Below are positions 1 through 13,570 of a DNA stretch of 64,000 nt, one piece after another (position 1 is the stretch's first letter; each line of letters starts with the position of its first letter). Both the position numbers and the translations under genes were made by a program. The notes beneath the pieces were generated by a model that was not told the origin of the DNA, made no database searches, and worked only from the letters and a program-made list of their open reading frames with translations. The stretch is from Okamejei kenojei (taxonomy: Eukaryota): positions 12,772,001-12,836,000 of the forward strand of contig CM069154.1 in NCBI GenBank assembly GCA_035221665.1, in the 5' to 3' direction.

Positions 1-106
1 AACATGTAGATTTTTAGGTTAATTGGCTTCTGTAAATTGCCCCTAGTGTGTAGGATGTGAAGGTGGGCCGAAGGGCCCGTTTCCACACTGCATATATAAA
101 CTAAAC
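1..106 (+). mobile_element. 3' part of an HE1-like V-SINE with CR1-derived tail
   Basis: ggttaattggcttctgtaaattgcccctagtgtg...gtgggccgaagggcccgtttccacactg..taaactaaac; the same tail ends the CR1 copies in this window. Confidence 0.65.
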
Positions 107-1099
107 CAAATCCAAGAAAATATCTCAGGACATGTTGCATCAAGAATTCTTGATCTATAAAAATTATTGAAGACAGATGCAAATAAGTTTAAATTCCTCA
201 TGTGAAACAGGGCAAAAAGAATAAAGACCCGTGCCTGTATAAATCAAAAAGAAAATCATGGTGTTATTGCACTCCTCTTTCAGAATTAAAATTAATTAAA
301 AATGTCATATTTAAACTATTTTGTGGCAGAAAGGAAACATCCATTAAGTTGATGGAACTGGGAATGAGGTGAATAAAAATGTAGATGGACTGGTTTAGCA
401 AGTTAGGAGAGGACAGAAATTGGTGAAATACACACAATGACAAAAGGCTTTCAAAGGATACAGATCTGTAACACATATTAGCTGACAAATGGCAAATGGA
501 GTTCAATCTGGGTAAGTGAGAGGTTGCACTTTTGCAAAGCAAAGTACAGTTAGTTCTGCCACAATTTCTATATGATTTGAATATGAGAATTGACGAATTA
601 GGGAACAGTATTCGCATTATCTGGGCCGAATTGTTTACAACACTATTTTGAATGGGAACCAGAGGACCATGTGCTACTTTGTAAACTGACAAGCTGAAAA
701 AAGTCTGAGGGAACAAAGTCCAGGGGGAAAAAAGTTTCCATGTAATCTCACTACAGTAATCAGATACCATTGTCCATTAAGCAGTCTATCAGTTTCAGCA
801 CGAGAGGCCATTGAAATCAACAAGCATTTACTTCTATTGAGATATGCAATGTTACTATTAAACTCTGAAACATGCAGCCTTTAGTACTTGTAGTAACAAA
901 AATACTAAATGGTTTTGAAACCCCCGCCCCATTGTTTTTGAAAATTGTACAGGGAAAAACCTTATTGCGAGTTTATTAGTGCTACTGGGGAAAAACCTTC
1001 CCCCAGTAGCACTAATGTTCTTATAATCAACTTTAAAAAAAAATAAAAGCAAGGATTTTTAAGGAATGCACCTATCTTGTTTTAGCAGAACTATCTGCA

Positions 1100-1815
1100 G
1101 ACAGTTAATGGTAGGACCCTCATCAGCATGGATATGCAAAGGGATCTTGTGGCCCAAGTCCATAGCTTCCTGAACGTACACACAAGTAGATAATGGCAAA
1201 TGGCATGTTGCCTTAATCGGTCAGGCCATTAAGTCCAAGAGTCAGGAAGTCGTGTTGCAGCTTTATAAAACTTGTTTGGCCACATTTGGAGTATTGCATA
1301 CAACTTTGGTCTTCCCATAACAGGAAGAATGTGGAAGGGTGCAGCCTACATTAGAGGGTCTGAAGAAGGGTCTCGACCCGAAACGTCGCCTATCTCCTTC
1401 GCTCCTTAGATGCTGCTGCACCCGCTGAGTTTCTCCAGCTTTTTGTGTACCCTACATTAGAGGGTATTGGCTATAAGGAGAGTTTCGACAAACTTGAATT
1501 GTTTTCTCTGGAGCACTGGAGGCTGAGGGGAGACCCAATAGAAGTATGTAAAATTATGAGACACGTAGATCGGGTGGTTGGTCAGGGAAATGTCGCAGAC
1601 TAAAGTGCATAACTTTAAGGTGTGAGAGAGAAGGTTAAAGGAGATGTGTGGGGAAAATCTTTGTCACTTGGTGCCAGTGGTGATGGTGGAAGTAGTGCTT
1701 AAGAGACTTTTAGACAGATGTATTGGAGGGATAAGGATTATGTGCAGGAGGAAGGGACGAGCTTAATTTTGCATTACATTTGGCACAGGCGTCGTGCCCT
1801 TTTCTGTGTTCTATG
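1100..1815 (+). mobile_element. Decayed CR1 LINE 3' fragment, interrupted by a short insertion at 1360-1450
   Basis: Matches the RT C-terminus and 3' UTR of the younger CR1 at 38531-39769 (e.g. ggccacatttggagtattg); boundaries approximate. Confidence 0.75.
1360..1450 (+). mobile_element. Short Penelope-associated element with hammerhead-like core and 15-bp TSD
   Basis: Flanked by cctacattagagggt at 1345-1359 and 1451-1465; begins CTGAAGAAGGGTCTCGACCCGAAACGTC. Confidence 0.8.
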
Positions 1816-3504
1816 CTCAGTGAGGTAGGGGTTGGAAACTCAATAGAATCAGCACGATCAACATGAGGTCTGATAGCAGTATTCAAAACACTAAGGCGGT
1901 CTTTTAAGAATTCTCCAGTACCACTGCGACAGCAGTATTACAAGGTGCCAAGTGAAATACCTGGGCACAAAATAGCGTTTCCAGTATTTTCAGAGTACCA
2001 AACACAGTCTAAAGGAGTCAGTAATTACATTAAATTTCACTACCAAAAGAATATACGTTTGTGGAGCATCTGCTACAACAGTTTCATTCAAGGTATTCTG
2101 AAATAGAATTACCTGAAAAATGAAAGCAAACAGCAAAAGTAATTAAATATAGGATAAAGTAGACAGGCATAAAGACGAAACACCCATTCTGTGATACTAT
2201 CATTTTACAGAATTAAAAAAATCTTTGTTATGCCTTGGTTTAGTTAAAAATATTCAAAAATTACTATGACAGTATAATCTAAAGATGGTTTATTTTCCAT
2301 CTAGTTACTTGCCAACTTATGCCTCAAAATGCTTACTGCAATTTGCAACCACACGTGCAGCATTTCAGAAAGGCACATTTGGAAAAAAATGATTCTGGAC
2401 GGAACATTATGTGCCACTTATGAAAATAATTGAGGTTTTGGGTTTATTGATGTGTACATGACATGGCGGAAAATTTCAAAATGCCACTCAACAGATCTAT
2501 CCCTTCTCCCCCATTTCCAAAAGGGTGTGCTTCTGACTCCTTGGTTCATTTGTTCATCTCAGATTCAAATCCTTTGTGCCTTCACATCCACTACAGGAGA
2601 TGCTTTGCTCTGCACTTCTGCCTTCCCCTACGATCCACGAGATCCAAACATTCCTTCCAGGTGAAGCAACAATTTTCCATCTCATCTCCTGCCAGGGTAC
2701 ATTGTGGCCTTCAGAGTTCAATATGCAATTGAATAATTGTATTTTGTTTCAGAACTGACCAGTCTGGCTCCAAGACGATAAATTTTAAAATACTTTTTTT
2801 CCCTTTTCTCCGGACCCTGATGTGCTGGGTATTCCACAGCATTTTACTTTTGGTGTCAGCAATGTCCTACCTGCATTTCACAGCTTCAAAACATGTAATT
2901 TTGCTTTCTCACTCCAGCTGCCCTCATTAATCTACAAACGAGACCGTCATGTAAATACAAATCATCTGGGCATTCCAGGCTTCACCTCCTTCAGAAATAC
3001 TCTCCTGTCCCATTCTACTCTCCTTGCAAGTTAAAATTGGTCCCCTCACTGTTCAGATGAAGTAACTTCAAATGGATGTGTTAACCATTTCTTTGCATAA
3101 AAGGTGCTTGAGCCAAGTGTTTCCAACATTTTGTTTAAGTTAGATTTCAATTTGGTTTTGTAAGCCATTCAATCGAAACAATAAAACCTATCAGGTGCAT
3201 GGTTTGGAATGCTAGGCATTCCGTGAAGCAGGTATACTTTAACACACATCACCACCCATGTTCAACCACATCCCACTACCATGCTTTCCCTGTGACTGTT
3301 TATTTTTTTGCAGTCTTGCAGGAATAATTGAGGTGCAGGCCAGGCAGCCTTAGCTATCCAACGTGGCTGAGTACAAAATCATGCAACGATTTTCAGCAGA
3401 ATACACACCCAATCTAAATAGACAAACCTCTTGTAACCAAAAAATGCAAGGACAAATCATGCACTCAGATGATGTTTTGTAAATACAGTGCAAGTGAGGC
3501 TCAC

Positions 3505-3680
3505 CTGTAGTGGAAGAAAATTTCCTGATCATGTTGAGAAGTTTCGATGAAACCAAAGTTATCCTTCAATGCTGCAACATATCCTACAAGTCTCTTGGTA
3601 TTGGGGCTACGATTTAGAATTTTGATTGATACTGCACTCTGTAGACCAGTTCTTTTAACTTCACAAATGCTAAATTCAAT
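3505..3680 (-). CDS. CSDE1: CSDE1 coding exon (cold-shock domain); CDS continues left of the window
   Basis: IEFSICEVKRTGLQSAVSIKILNRSPNTKRLVGYVAALKDNFGFIETSQHDQEIFFHY(S); cag|...AG|gtgag; 176 nt. Confidence 0.95.
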
Positions 3681-5896
3681 CTGTATGAAAGATTAGAGAT
3701 TAGAAATGTTTTAAGCGAGAAACGGTTTCCTAAAATGACAATATATTCTCATTTAACAATGCGTTGACTAAAACTAGCTTGGTTATTGATGGAAATACAC
3801 ACAGGGTATAGTACTTGAACAGATCAACTATAGCTTCTTGCGGCTTTCTTCCATTGTAAATTCACCAGAAGTGATGCCATTGAACTGATACCAATATACT
3901 GGTTGTGAATGTAATGAGCTTGCAGAATGGTCACTAAAATATAGTACCATGCATTATAATTCAAAGGTAGTTTGTTTTATGTATATCTATCTATATCTAT
4001 ATCCATAATATCATAATATTCATTAAAAGTCTGATATTGTGTGTCTATGTGTATGTGGTTGTCTTTACATCTTCGCAAAAACACTACCCGGTAACAATTA
4101 CATATTCCGATTGGCATAGCTCCCCTCGAGGCCGGGATCACCTTATCTGAACATTTCATGCTTTATTTCTCGACTCATTACTGATTAAGTCTAAAAAAAT
4201 CAAAAGGCTTTGAAATTAAAACGACCAGCTTCAACTGATGGTGTCACAATGGCTCGAGTAGCAGAGATCAGCCTCACTGAAGATTTCATCCTATATTTGA
4301 CTTTATTCGCGATTAAAGCTTTAATCTACCTACTCTGATATTAACTAATGTGGTGAATTCTATGAAGTTCCTTTTCAAAAGGCATCTAAATCACGTACAG
4401 GGTATATTACATTTTTAGTTCCAAATAATTTCATGAATATTGTGCCCATTATGGTTTTACCCAAACTCATTTGCAGTGAATTGGATTTTTGGGACTACGT
4501 AATTTATCCCCAATTAATCCTGTTTTGAAGATTTTTTAAACTGAAGAAACTAAAATTCAGTTAGCTATTGCATTCTTAAGCAAGCAAAATAAAGGGTATG
4601 CAACAGTCATGATCAGCATACCAGATTATAAATAAGTGTGAAGCAAAATTTACTCTTCCCTATTACTGAAGAATAACTGCAATAAAGCAAAAATTATTTT
4701 CTTCAGTAATATTACAGGACTTACGGACCTGTAAACAGATATAAAATTGTTAACATTGCACATGTAATTTGCAACTTAAGACACTACCATTTCTACATGT
4801 ATTAATATATCCTGTTGCAAAACGTCAGTGAGAATACCCATTGGGAACATACTAGTTGCCTGTAGTAATTACACCTGTACACAACATAGCCAAGGTTCAA
4901 AATTATCATGCAACATTGGATTTTAAAAAAGGTAAATAACTCTGATGTCTCAACTGTGGCCACTTGGTGGCTCTGCACCGGCTTCTCAATTTAAAAGGAG
5001 CAGCTTATACCCAAGTATCATGGCAACATGATACCCCTTTGTGGGGAAATTTAAGTGAAAGGGATAATAGTTAATCACTTAAAAAAGGTATGCAGTGAAA
5101 TAATCAAAAGAGCCTCCTGCCATGCAATTATCAGTGTCCCCCATCATACAATCATGGGTGGGAAGTGAGAATTAAGGACAGAAAGAAACAAACACTCACT
5201 GACAGAAACACTGGAAACTGCAAAAAAAACATAAATCTGCCTGATTCTGCAAACCCTTTCTACCAACACAACTGAAATATGATGGAATACATTTAGCTCC
5301 AACAAATGCCGAATGCCATCTAAGAGAAAATACAATATCTAAACACTTGAATGACCTACTCAAACTCAGTGTGGACGTGTTCACCTCACTGACAGCAATT
5401 GCTCAGTGCTGGTAAAGTACAACTACACTGACAATTAGGGATCATCAGAAAATGAAAGGAAAATGTATCCGAGATCTTGTAAAAATAGTGAAAAAGATCA
5501 ACTTCTCACTGGTGCATTCATCATATTTTGTACTTGAGTTCCTGGTATCACACAAACATCCCACAGTACTCCAACCATCCTCAAACCTTATACTCCTTTT
5601 GGTCTCAAATCCTCACATGCAAATTCTTAGGTAGGATAATTAATTTCTTGAACAAAATAATTTCAGAAGGAAGAATTATTTTTTGTGGTTAGTATAACTT
5701 GCAGCAGAGAAATTCTAACTTTCTCTTGTACCCCAGAGTGAAGGCACCTTTAATTCGTCACAAGATCTAATAACAGAGCATTTTTTAAGACTCGCATTAC
5801 ATTTTGTATAGTTGTCATTAAAAATATGCTTAACAGCTGACATTTAACCCAAGTAACAAATGTAAAATTGAACTGGTAAATCCAAGCTTCACGTAC

Positions 5897-6004
5897 TTTG
5901 TCACCAAGCTGTGGAATTGGACACCCTTCCAGTTCTTTTATATGGTATGGTACAGTCATTTTTATTCCAGCTTCGTCATATGCAATTACTCCCTCTTCCG
6001 AATC
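5897..6004 (-). CDS. CSDE1: CSDE1 coding exon
   Basis: DSEEGVIAYDEAGIKMTVPYHIKELEGCPIPQLGDK; gttag|...AAA|gtacgt; 108 nt. Confidence 0.94.
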
Positions 6005-6229
6005 CTAACAAATGACAAAATAGGAAAGGTTCAACAATGGAGATCAGCTCACCAGCAACACATTAGCCAGACCAGAGTTAGGAAAACAGTCTTCATCATT
6101 GGATTTGTTCAATTCCTATCAAGTTTAAACCATTTCATTAAATGAGATGCCCAAAAATCCACTTTTTAAAAATGTAATGTTAACACTTAAAATATTAAAA
6201 GGTTACATTCTTTCATAGGAGAGGATGTG

Positions 6230-7330
6230 ACTTTTCTCTGAAGCCGAGGGAGCTGAGGAGATTACCTTAGTTTATAAAATCATACTGTGGATGGTCATTT
6301 TTTTACCCCCACTTGGATAGGGTAATTCCAAACTAAGATGAGAGGGGAAAGATTTAATAGGAACTAGAGTAGCAACCTTTTCCACACAGTGGGATTATGG
6401 ACAAACTGCCAGAAGTAGTCAGAGGCAGGTACAAATGCAAATGTTTAAAATATATTTACACAGGTAAATGGATAGCAAGGGTTTAGATGTATATGGCCAA
6501 ATGCAGGCAAGTGGGATATGCTCAGGGTGACATCTTCGCATGGACGGGTTGGGCTCATTGGCCCGTTTCCATGCTATATAATAAACGACTATGACACTAA
6601 AACTTTCACTTGTGAAAAGCACTACCATATCTAAATGGTATTCATCAAGAATTTCCTTAGCACCAGGAAAGAAACGTGTGGGAGGAAACAGCGAGAAAGA
6701 CATACACAAAATCGAATAGTAGGTGCAGGTAGAGCAAGGAATAAGGCTTTTATCGCCAAATTATTGAATACAAAAGAAAAAAAACTTTGTGCTCTGAATT
6801 TCCAGGGTCCTGTTGAAATTAAGTCTGAAATATTGCATACACAGATCTGGCCTCCCTTCCCCAAGGGGATATAAAGGTATTAGAGGGAATGAAGGAAGGG
6901 CTCATCATGTTAATTCCTGGGATTGCCAGACATGGTGGGTCATAGCATTTGTCATGCAAAGGAGTGCTTAAGCAGACTAGGATTGTACTCAGAATGAGGG
7001 GTGATCAATCGTACAAAGGTCTCACAGGGCATTAGAGGATAAATGCATGGAATTTGATCCACTTCAGGTGTCTGGAACAAGGGATCAGTTTTAAAATAAG
7101 CAGCCAACCATTTAAAGTAGAAATAAGAAATGTCTTCCTGCAGATCTTTGCAATTCTTTACCCTGAAGGACTGAGCTCATTCGAAAGAGACCTATTTATT
7201 TCTGCATAAAGGGAAATGGAGAATACTGGAGGAAAGCAGAGCTAAGGTAGTTATAATTAGTTATAATCACGATGAATCGCAGAGCAAATGCGAAAGGACC
7301 AGATGGGCTCCTTCTGTTCCTAATTATGTA
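6230..7330 (+). mobile_element. Old CR1 3' fragments (about 6230-6600 and 6870-7330)
   Basis: Degenerate matches to the CR1 3' UTR (gaaagatttaataggaac, ggcccgtttccatgct, tgactatgac tail). Confidence 0.55.
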
Positions 7331-8009
7331 AACTAATTAGGGTGGGAGAAACTCCAAGCACAAACAATGAAACTGCCACTAAAACTCTTCAGACCCTTGC
7401 CTCAAGTTCCTCAATAATCTTCCTGCTATTAAGTTTGGAGTGTGAATAGTTGAGGATTATATCATGCTTAGCTGAACTATCAACTCGTGTCATAATATGT
7501 CCTTGCTCACTTGGACATCATTCAAGCCTGGTCTGATTATTTGGCATAATCTGCTGGCCATGACCATCTGCCACAAGAAACAAAAATTGAATCTTTATCC
7601 CCAAATTTCAATAGCCTAACCATTTAAAGTTAACTGGACCAATCCTACAAATTCTAGGTGCTGTGGTAGCAATCAACCGTGCAAGGCAGGGAGTATTCAG
7701 TCGTAACTAATTCAGTCCCAATTCAAATCTGCTTTTCATCTACAATGTACTTTGAGAGCAATGGGTGTCTAGAGTATTTTATACTCGCCTAGTAAATTGA
7801 GTTGTAAAGTTGGCCATATTTACATCAAACGACAAAACTTAATTGCCACTCCTTGTTACCAGCACATTGTAAATACGCCTGCATCAAGATTGATTGCAAC
7901 AACACCACAGCTTCTCAGAGGTCAGTCAAATCTCCCAATGCCAAAGTCTATGCATTTGAATGACTGTTCTGCCCAGTGTATTGAGCTTAACATTCATGAT
8001 CCTCTCACT

Positions 8010-8565
8010 TTTGTTTTGTGTAACCAGTGGTTTGCATCTTGCAGTGTAGCCTCTGTATTTCTGTTCATGAATTCTTCTGCGCGTGACAGCGGTGTTCAAA
8101 GTCTTAGTGGTAATTGACAAATCTACACCTGAAGAGTGCTTGTGATCTGTCAGACAGGTGTTTGGGGTTTTTCTTTATTATAGAGAGAATTCTTCTGTCA
8201 TCAGCTGCGGAGGTCTTCCTTGCCTTCTAGTACCTTTGCAATTAGTAAGCTCACCAGTGCTCTCTTTCTTCTTAACGATGCTCCAAACAGTTGATTTTGG
8301 TAAGCCTAAGGTTTGGCTGATGTCTCTAACAGTTTTATTCTTGTTTCTCAGTCTCATAATGGCTTATTTAACTTTCATTGGCACAACTTTGGTCCTCATG
8401 TTGATAAACACCAATAAAAGTTTCCAAAGGAGATGAAAAGACTGGAGGAAAGACTGGGTGCTGATAGCTCCCTTATAGCTGCATTAAGGAGGCAATTAAA
8501 CACACCTGAGCAATTACAAACACCTGTGAAGCCATGCGTCCCAAACATTATGGTGCCCTGAAATG
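8010..8565 (-). mobile_element. Tc1/mariner transposon fragment (5' region and disrupted transposase DNA-binding domain)
   Basis: From the ATG at 8399: MRTKVVPMKVK*AIMRLRNKNKTVRDISQTLGLPKSTVWSIVKKKESTGEL..., later RRRIHEQKYRGYTARCKPL; typical Tc1 paired HTH domains. Confidence 0.85.
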
Positions 8566-9128
8566 ATTCAATTAGCGTCACCACAAATATTAATTGTACT
8601 GTGACTAAACCATGCTAAAATTTAATTCCATTGAAACAGCCTAAATATTCTCCATTCAGAAAAAGCAGCACGTATTAATGGAATACAAACAAGGTTTGCA
8701 AGGATTCTCCCATTTTTCCTGAACAAAAGGTGTCACACAATAAAAATGAGTTTAGTAATTCTCCTTTAGCTGAAAGGAAGAGGGCAAATAGGAAAAGGGA
8801 AAAAAATGATTAAGCGCGAAAATGACTTGCAGCTTCTTTTTCCACTGATAACGTCAACATAACATTTCAGTTCCATTACTTCCCAAGACATCACTACCAT
8901 AGAAATATATGTTGAGGATAGTATGATTGCAATCATATGGATATTGCTGGATCATCAAAAAAATTGGTACAATAGATTGATGATGATCCGTCCAGATTAT
9001 GCAGTCATTGAAATTTGTTTTGAGTTCCGAGAGAAAGCTTAAGTGGTTAAAAAGCAATGTTAGTCTGTAGGGGTCTTACCTTCAACACGCCACTCCCCGA
9101 GACAATAAAGAAACCATTGAACATTGAA

Positions 9129-9272
9129 TGTTTAGGAAAGAACTGCAGATGCAGGTATACACCCAAGATATAAACAACATGCTGGAGTAACTCAGTGGGA
9201 CAGGCAGCATCTCTGGAGAGAAGGAATGAGTGATGTTTCTGGTCAAGACCCTTCTTCAAACGCTGTTCAAAC
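9129..9272 (-). mobile_element. Longer variant of the Penelope-associated short element
   Basis: gaactgcagatgc...gctggagtaactcag...gacccttcttcaaa, flanked by ttgaacattgaa at 9117-9128 and 9273-9284. Confidence 0.7.
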
Positions 9273-10406
9273 TTGAACATTGAAAGCTTACAAGAATAGT
9301 TTATTCACACCAACATAACATCTGTGACATTAGCCAAAATTGTATTCTAAGGATGAATCACAGACTTCAAAGTTAGAAAATGAAGCAGCAAGGTAGAAAC
9401 ATCGTTGTCTTCTAAAGACCCTAAACCGGTTTGAAGCTTGGTTTATGGAGATCATTTTTTAGCAAAATCTTTTTCTGCCGTAATAAATTGCTCAGTTTAA
9501 GTTGCTGTAGCATTTGATGGGAGATCTCGCCTGAATTTTATGGCTAGATTAGAACAGTCATTTATTTTGTGGTGAAGCTTTCCTCATGCAGATAGAGGGA
9601 AAAAAAATTTAAAAATTAAACTCTAACCTGGCATTGTGCCTTATATTATAAGTTGAACAACTATTCTGTAACCAAATGCGCTGAACAATTAACAAAACGT
9701 TCATTAATCATTAATAACCATACTTCCATTAAAAAAATGGAACACCTTATAATCTATTAGGGGATATGTTTGGATGCGATTGTACAAGATGAGAAAATTA
9801 ACCGACACTAGCTCCAGCAGCTATATAAAAATCATGCATTGAGATCCAGCCCAGAATCAATACGATTCTTTCACAGCCAGATGCCTGCAATACAGTGAAC
9901 GGCCATTCCACCCACGTACTGAAAGAGCAGACATTTGGTTCCGTACCCTTTTTTTTGCAACTCTAAACTCATGTTCAAGTCCACAATCTTTTTAAAATGA
10001 CTTACTGAACCAACTTCCATCACTTTTCAGATACCACGCAGTTCCAGATAATTAGGTGAAAATATCTCTCATTTATCATTGATCTTTTCCAACTGGTTTT
10101 AAACCAATGACGTTGACCTCTTATTGACCCACAATTGAAGTGAAGAAAATCAAGTCTACATTAAAAGCCCCCACTTTGATGAACATAGTTCACTTTCAGC
10201 TTCATCATTCTACGATCAGAATAACTACAGATATCTAACAGCTTTGATTTATATTTCTACAGCAGGTATAACATTCACATTGTAATCAGTTTTGGTCTAG
10301 AAATAATTGATGCCTTTGAAGAATCCAAGAGAACATCTTAAAATTTCTACAGAATCGACATCTTAAAGCAGCCAGAATCCAATCCTGTACATTAACAATT
10401 CTTTAC

Positions 10407-10571
10407 CTTTTCTTTACTTTTAGCCGGGCTGGTGGACTTGGATATTGAACCAGCAGCTTCTTTCTCCACTACTCCAAAGTAACGTTGCTCAGATTGGGTG
10501 TGAAACGACACTGTCCCTTTTGGAAGCTTTTTAATTCGAATTGCATGGTTCCTTTGAGCTGAAAGGACATC
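10407..10571 (-). CDS. CSDE1: CSDE1 coding exon
   Basis: [55 protein letters not shown]; ctaag|...AAG|gtaaag; 165 nt. Confidence 0.95.
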
Positions 10572-11079
10572 CTTAGAAAAAACAAACTTTAATTACAGAT
10601 TTTCACAGATAAGGCTAATACCCAATAGATTATTGCTAAGGAATGATTTTACCATGTGTAATCCATAGAGAAATAGACCAAATGTTTAATATTTCTGTAA
10701 AATATCTGAATTAATAATCTGTTCTGATTAGAAGTGTAAAAAATGGAAGCGCCTTCATTCTTCTCCAGCACCATTCTCAACCAGACAGACTTAGTTTACT
10801 TTTATAGGACTGTCTCCCCCTGCCCTCTACATTTACAATAATCTCTGACTGAATTACTACCTGCTGCATTAAAGTCCGATATGGGGATTAAATGACAGAA
10901 CAGAAATAACCATTCTGTTCCAGCATAACATTAAAAAAAAAAAATTACGGTAATCTTAATTTTATATCTGACATGGGCACCCTCTCTCCCTGAACTCTGC
11001 TCAGAGCAGAACCCAGCGTACTCGAGAGTGTTTAACTGCCATGTGCATTGGGAACAGAGCAATTAAATGTTTACTTGCT

Positions 11080-12310
11080 GCAGATTTTACTAGTCAATTC
11101 ATGTAATAACACAAATTAAATATATAATAATCAATGTACAATAAATTAAATCAGTAATGCTAGGTAACCAGACTATGAGAGTGCCGAATTAAAATAAGTG
11201 GTGCAGCCAAAGACAGTCCATTGATTAGAGTTGCTGAAGTAGGGATGTAGTTAGGGCTATGCACTGTGCAACAGCCTGATGGTTGATGGGAAGCTTTTCT
11301 TGAACCAGGAGATCACAGTTCTTCCCGATGGGAGCAGCAAGATGAGAGTGTGGCCGGGAATTGTGTGAATCACTGATGGCATTGGCTACCTTTGAGGCAG
11401 CTCTTCCCGCAGATCCTTTTGATGGTAGGGAGGCAAATACTCTGGGTGGACCTGGCAGTGGTTTCCACCTTATGCAGTCTCTTTCGTTCCTGGACATTCA
11501 AGTTACTGAACCAGGCCACGATGTAACCAGTCAGTTACATCGTGAACTTCACGATGGTGAACATTCAGCTACATGGCTACAGAGAGCCTCTCTACTGTAC
11601 ACCCGAAGAGAGGCTCTCGAGTACCCAATCAACTCCCTGATCTTGGCAACGATGAGCAAGAATGCTACTCTGACAGCTTTTAGATTATCAATCTCCCTCC
11701 CATACTGTGACTTATCGTTGCCCATTATTCGCTCGGAGATGGTATTGTTGATGAATTTAAAGATGGCAAAGAGCTGCAACATGGGCATAGAGAGTAGAGC
11801 AGGGGTTGACCACAGCCTTAAGGTGTTCCTGTGCTGATGGTTAGACGAGGAATTGTTGCCGCCAATCATACTGATTGAGGTCTCTTAATGAGGCAATCGA
11901 GGATCCAATTGCATCACGACTCATGTCAGACTTTAATGACTAGTTTAGAGGGTATGTGTCGAGCACCAAGAGTCAATGAACAACAGCCTGAAATACATTT
12001 TTATTGTCTAAGTGATCCAGTGAGAGGGGAGAGCCAGTGTGATCGCATCCACTGCTGATCTGTTAAGGTACATGAATGGAGGGGGGGGGGGAGAAAATCC
12101 AGGTCCTTAAGGCAGGAGTTGATGTCATAACCAACCTCTCAAGATAACTCATCACAACAGACGTGATGGTAGTTATTGAGGCAGGGCACCATGCTTTTCT
12201 TGGACACCTGTATTATGGATATCCTTTCAAAACAGATGGGGACCTCAGACCTTAGTAGGGAAGGGTGGAATATGTCCACAAAGAACTCCAGCCGGTTGAT
12301 CCACCCAGAA
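11080..12310 (-). mobile_element. Decayed L2/Rex-Babar-like LINE RT fragment
   Basis: Translation remnants FKF..TISERIMGNDKSQYGREIDNL...AKIRELI resemble this RT class; boundaries approximate. Confidence 0.6.
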
Positions 12311-13570
12311 ATCAGTTAGCTCATCACCACCACAGGGTTAATCCAGCAATAATTCGATGGGACACGGTGACCACCTGGGTCGTCCTTCCTTAAATGCCAA
12401 CTATGTCCGAGTGAGTCACCTCCCAATTTCTATCTAATGGCTGATCTGATCAACTGTCCCTAGTATCAATGACATAACATTTGGCCATTTGGCAGGATTT
12501 TAGCTTAAATTATCATCTATAATTACAGTTTTCTCTTAGATCTTGCACTGAAGTAGTGCACTTCCCCAGAATTTGGGCTTTGATCGTTAGTCTTATGAAG
12601 TTCCTAGTGATCTAGGTAATCAAAATCCACAGGAATTGGATGCGGTTAATTTTAATTAAGATATTTCTCACATGGAGGTCTTTGTCTCTCAAGGCTTGCG
12701 GGGAAACTGAATATTAAATGCTGGTGAACATTCAGCTACATGGCTTTACTGTACACAGTCCCACAAATGGAATTGGGCACTTTTCCTGTTTTTCAACTAT
12801 ACTTTGGGTGGAGCCCAGGTATAATGAAAACCAGTTTCCAATCCTGAATCTGCCTTCTCTTGTTCTAAGAGTTCATCTTCCCACAGAACATCAAGAGTTC
12901 ATAAAAAAAACAAAAAAAATGTGTGGATTAGGCACACAATGCAAGGTCACAAAACTTCACATTTTTAAACACACCTTGGTGTGCATGCAAGAATCCTGGC
13001 ATTATGCCAATACTTGACTGTAGGCCATTGAGACGTTGACAATTCTTATATTTATATCAAAGTAAAAAACTTGCACTGAGTTTGAAACAATGGGTGTTTA
13101 ACACAAGTTGTAAATGTAGTGGGCAAGCAGACATTACTCCTACACAAAACTCAAAGTCTGCCTCTAATAACTCGTCATTAGAGATTTCAAACTTTAATTT
13201 ACTCAATTATTCCCTTCTCCCCCCCCCCCCCCCCCCCCCGTTTTCTTCCTTTGTAAAGGACTTGATATATGTTCCATGAGATACCATTCCTTTCTTAAGT
13301 AGCATTTCATATTTACCAGAATAGTATTCCTCCAATTGGAACCAAAGATAAACAGTATTATACATTAATTACCAATTTGGAATGTCATAATACACAGGCA
13401 GTTTGCTTACAATGTCATCAAGCTAACTTCAGACGTGAAATATAGACAATGTCGTTTATACAGAGCGAGTAACAAGCCAGGACCTGAAGGCGAAGGTTCT
13501 GATCCATTATTAGCTTGAACACATCTGTGTTTAGATTTTAGTAAAAGCACTCAATAATTAAAGCACTTAC

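Noticed and set aside
264-770. 168-aa minus-strand ORF
   Set aside because: No CSDE1-like or other recognisable motif; overlaps degenerate CR1 sequence on the opposite strand
1-3504. Search for the next CSDE1 exon (expected EFSGD...GNKVSAEKV-like) or NRAS
   Set aside because: No matching sequence seen; it probably lies left of the window
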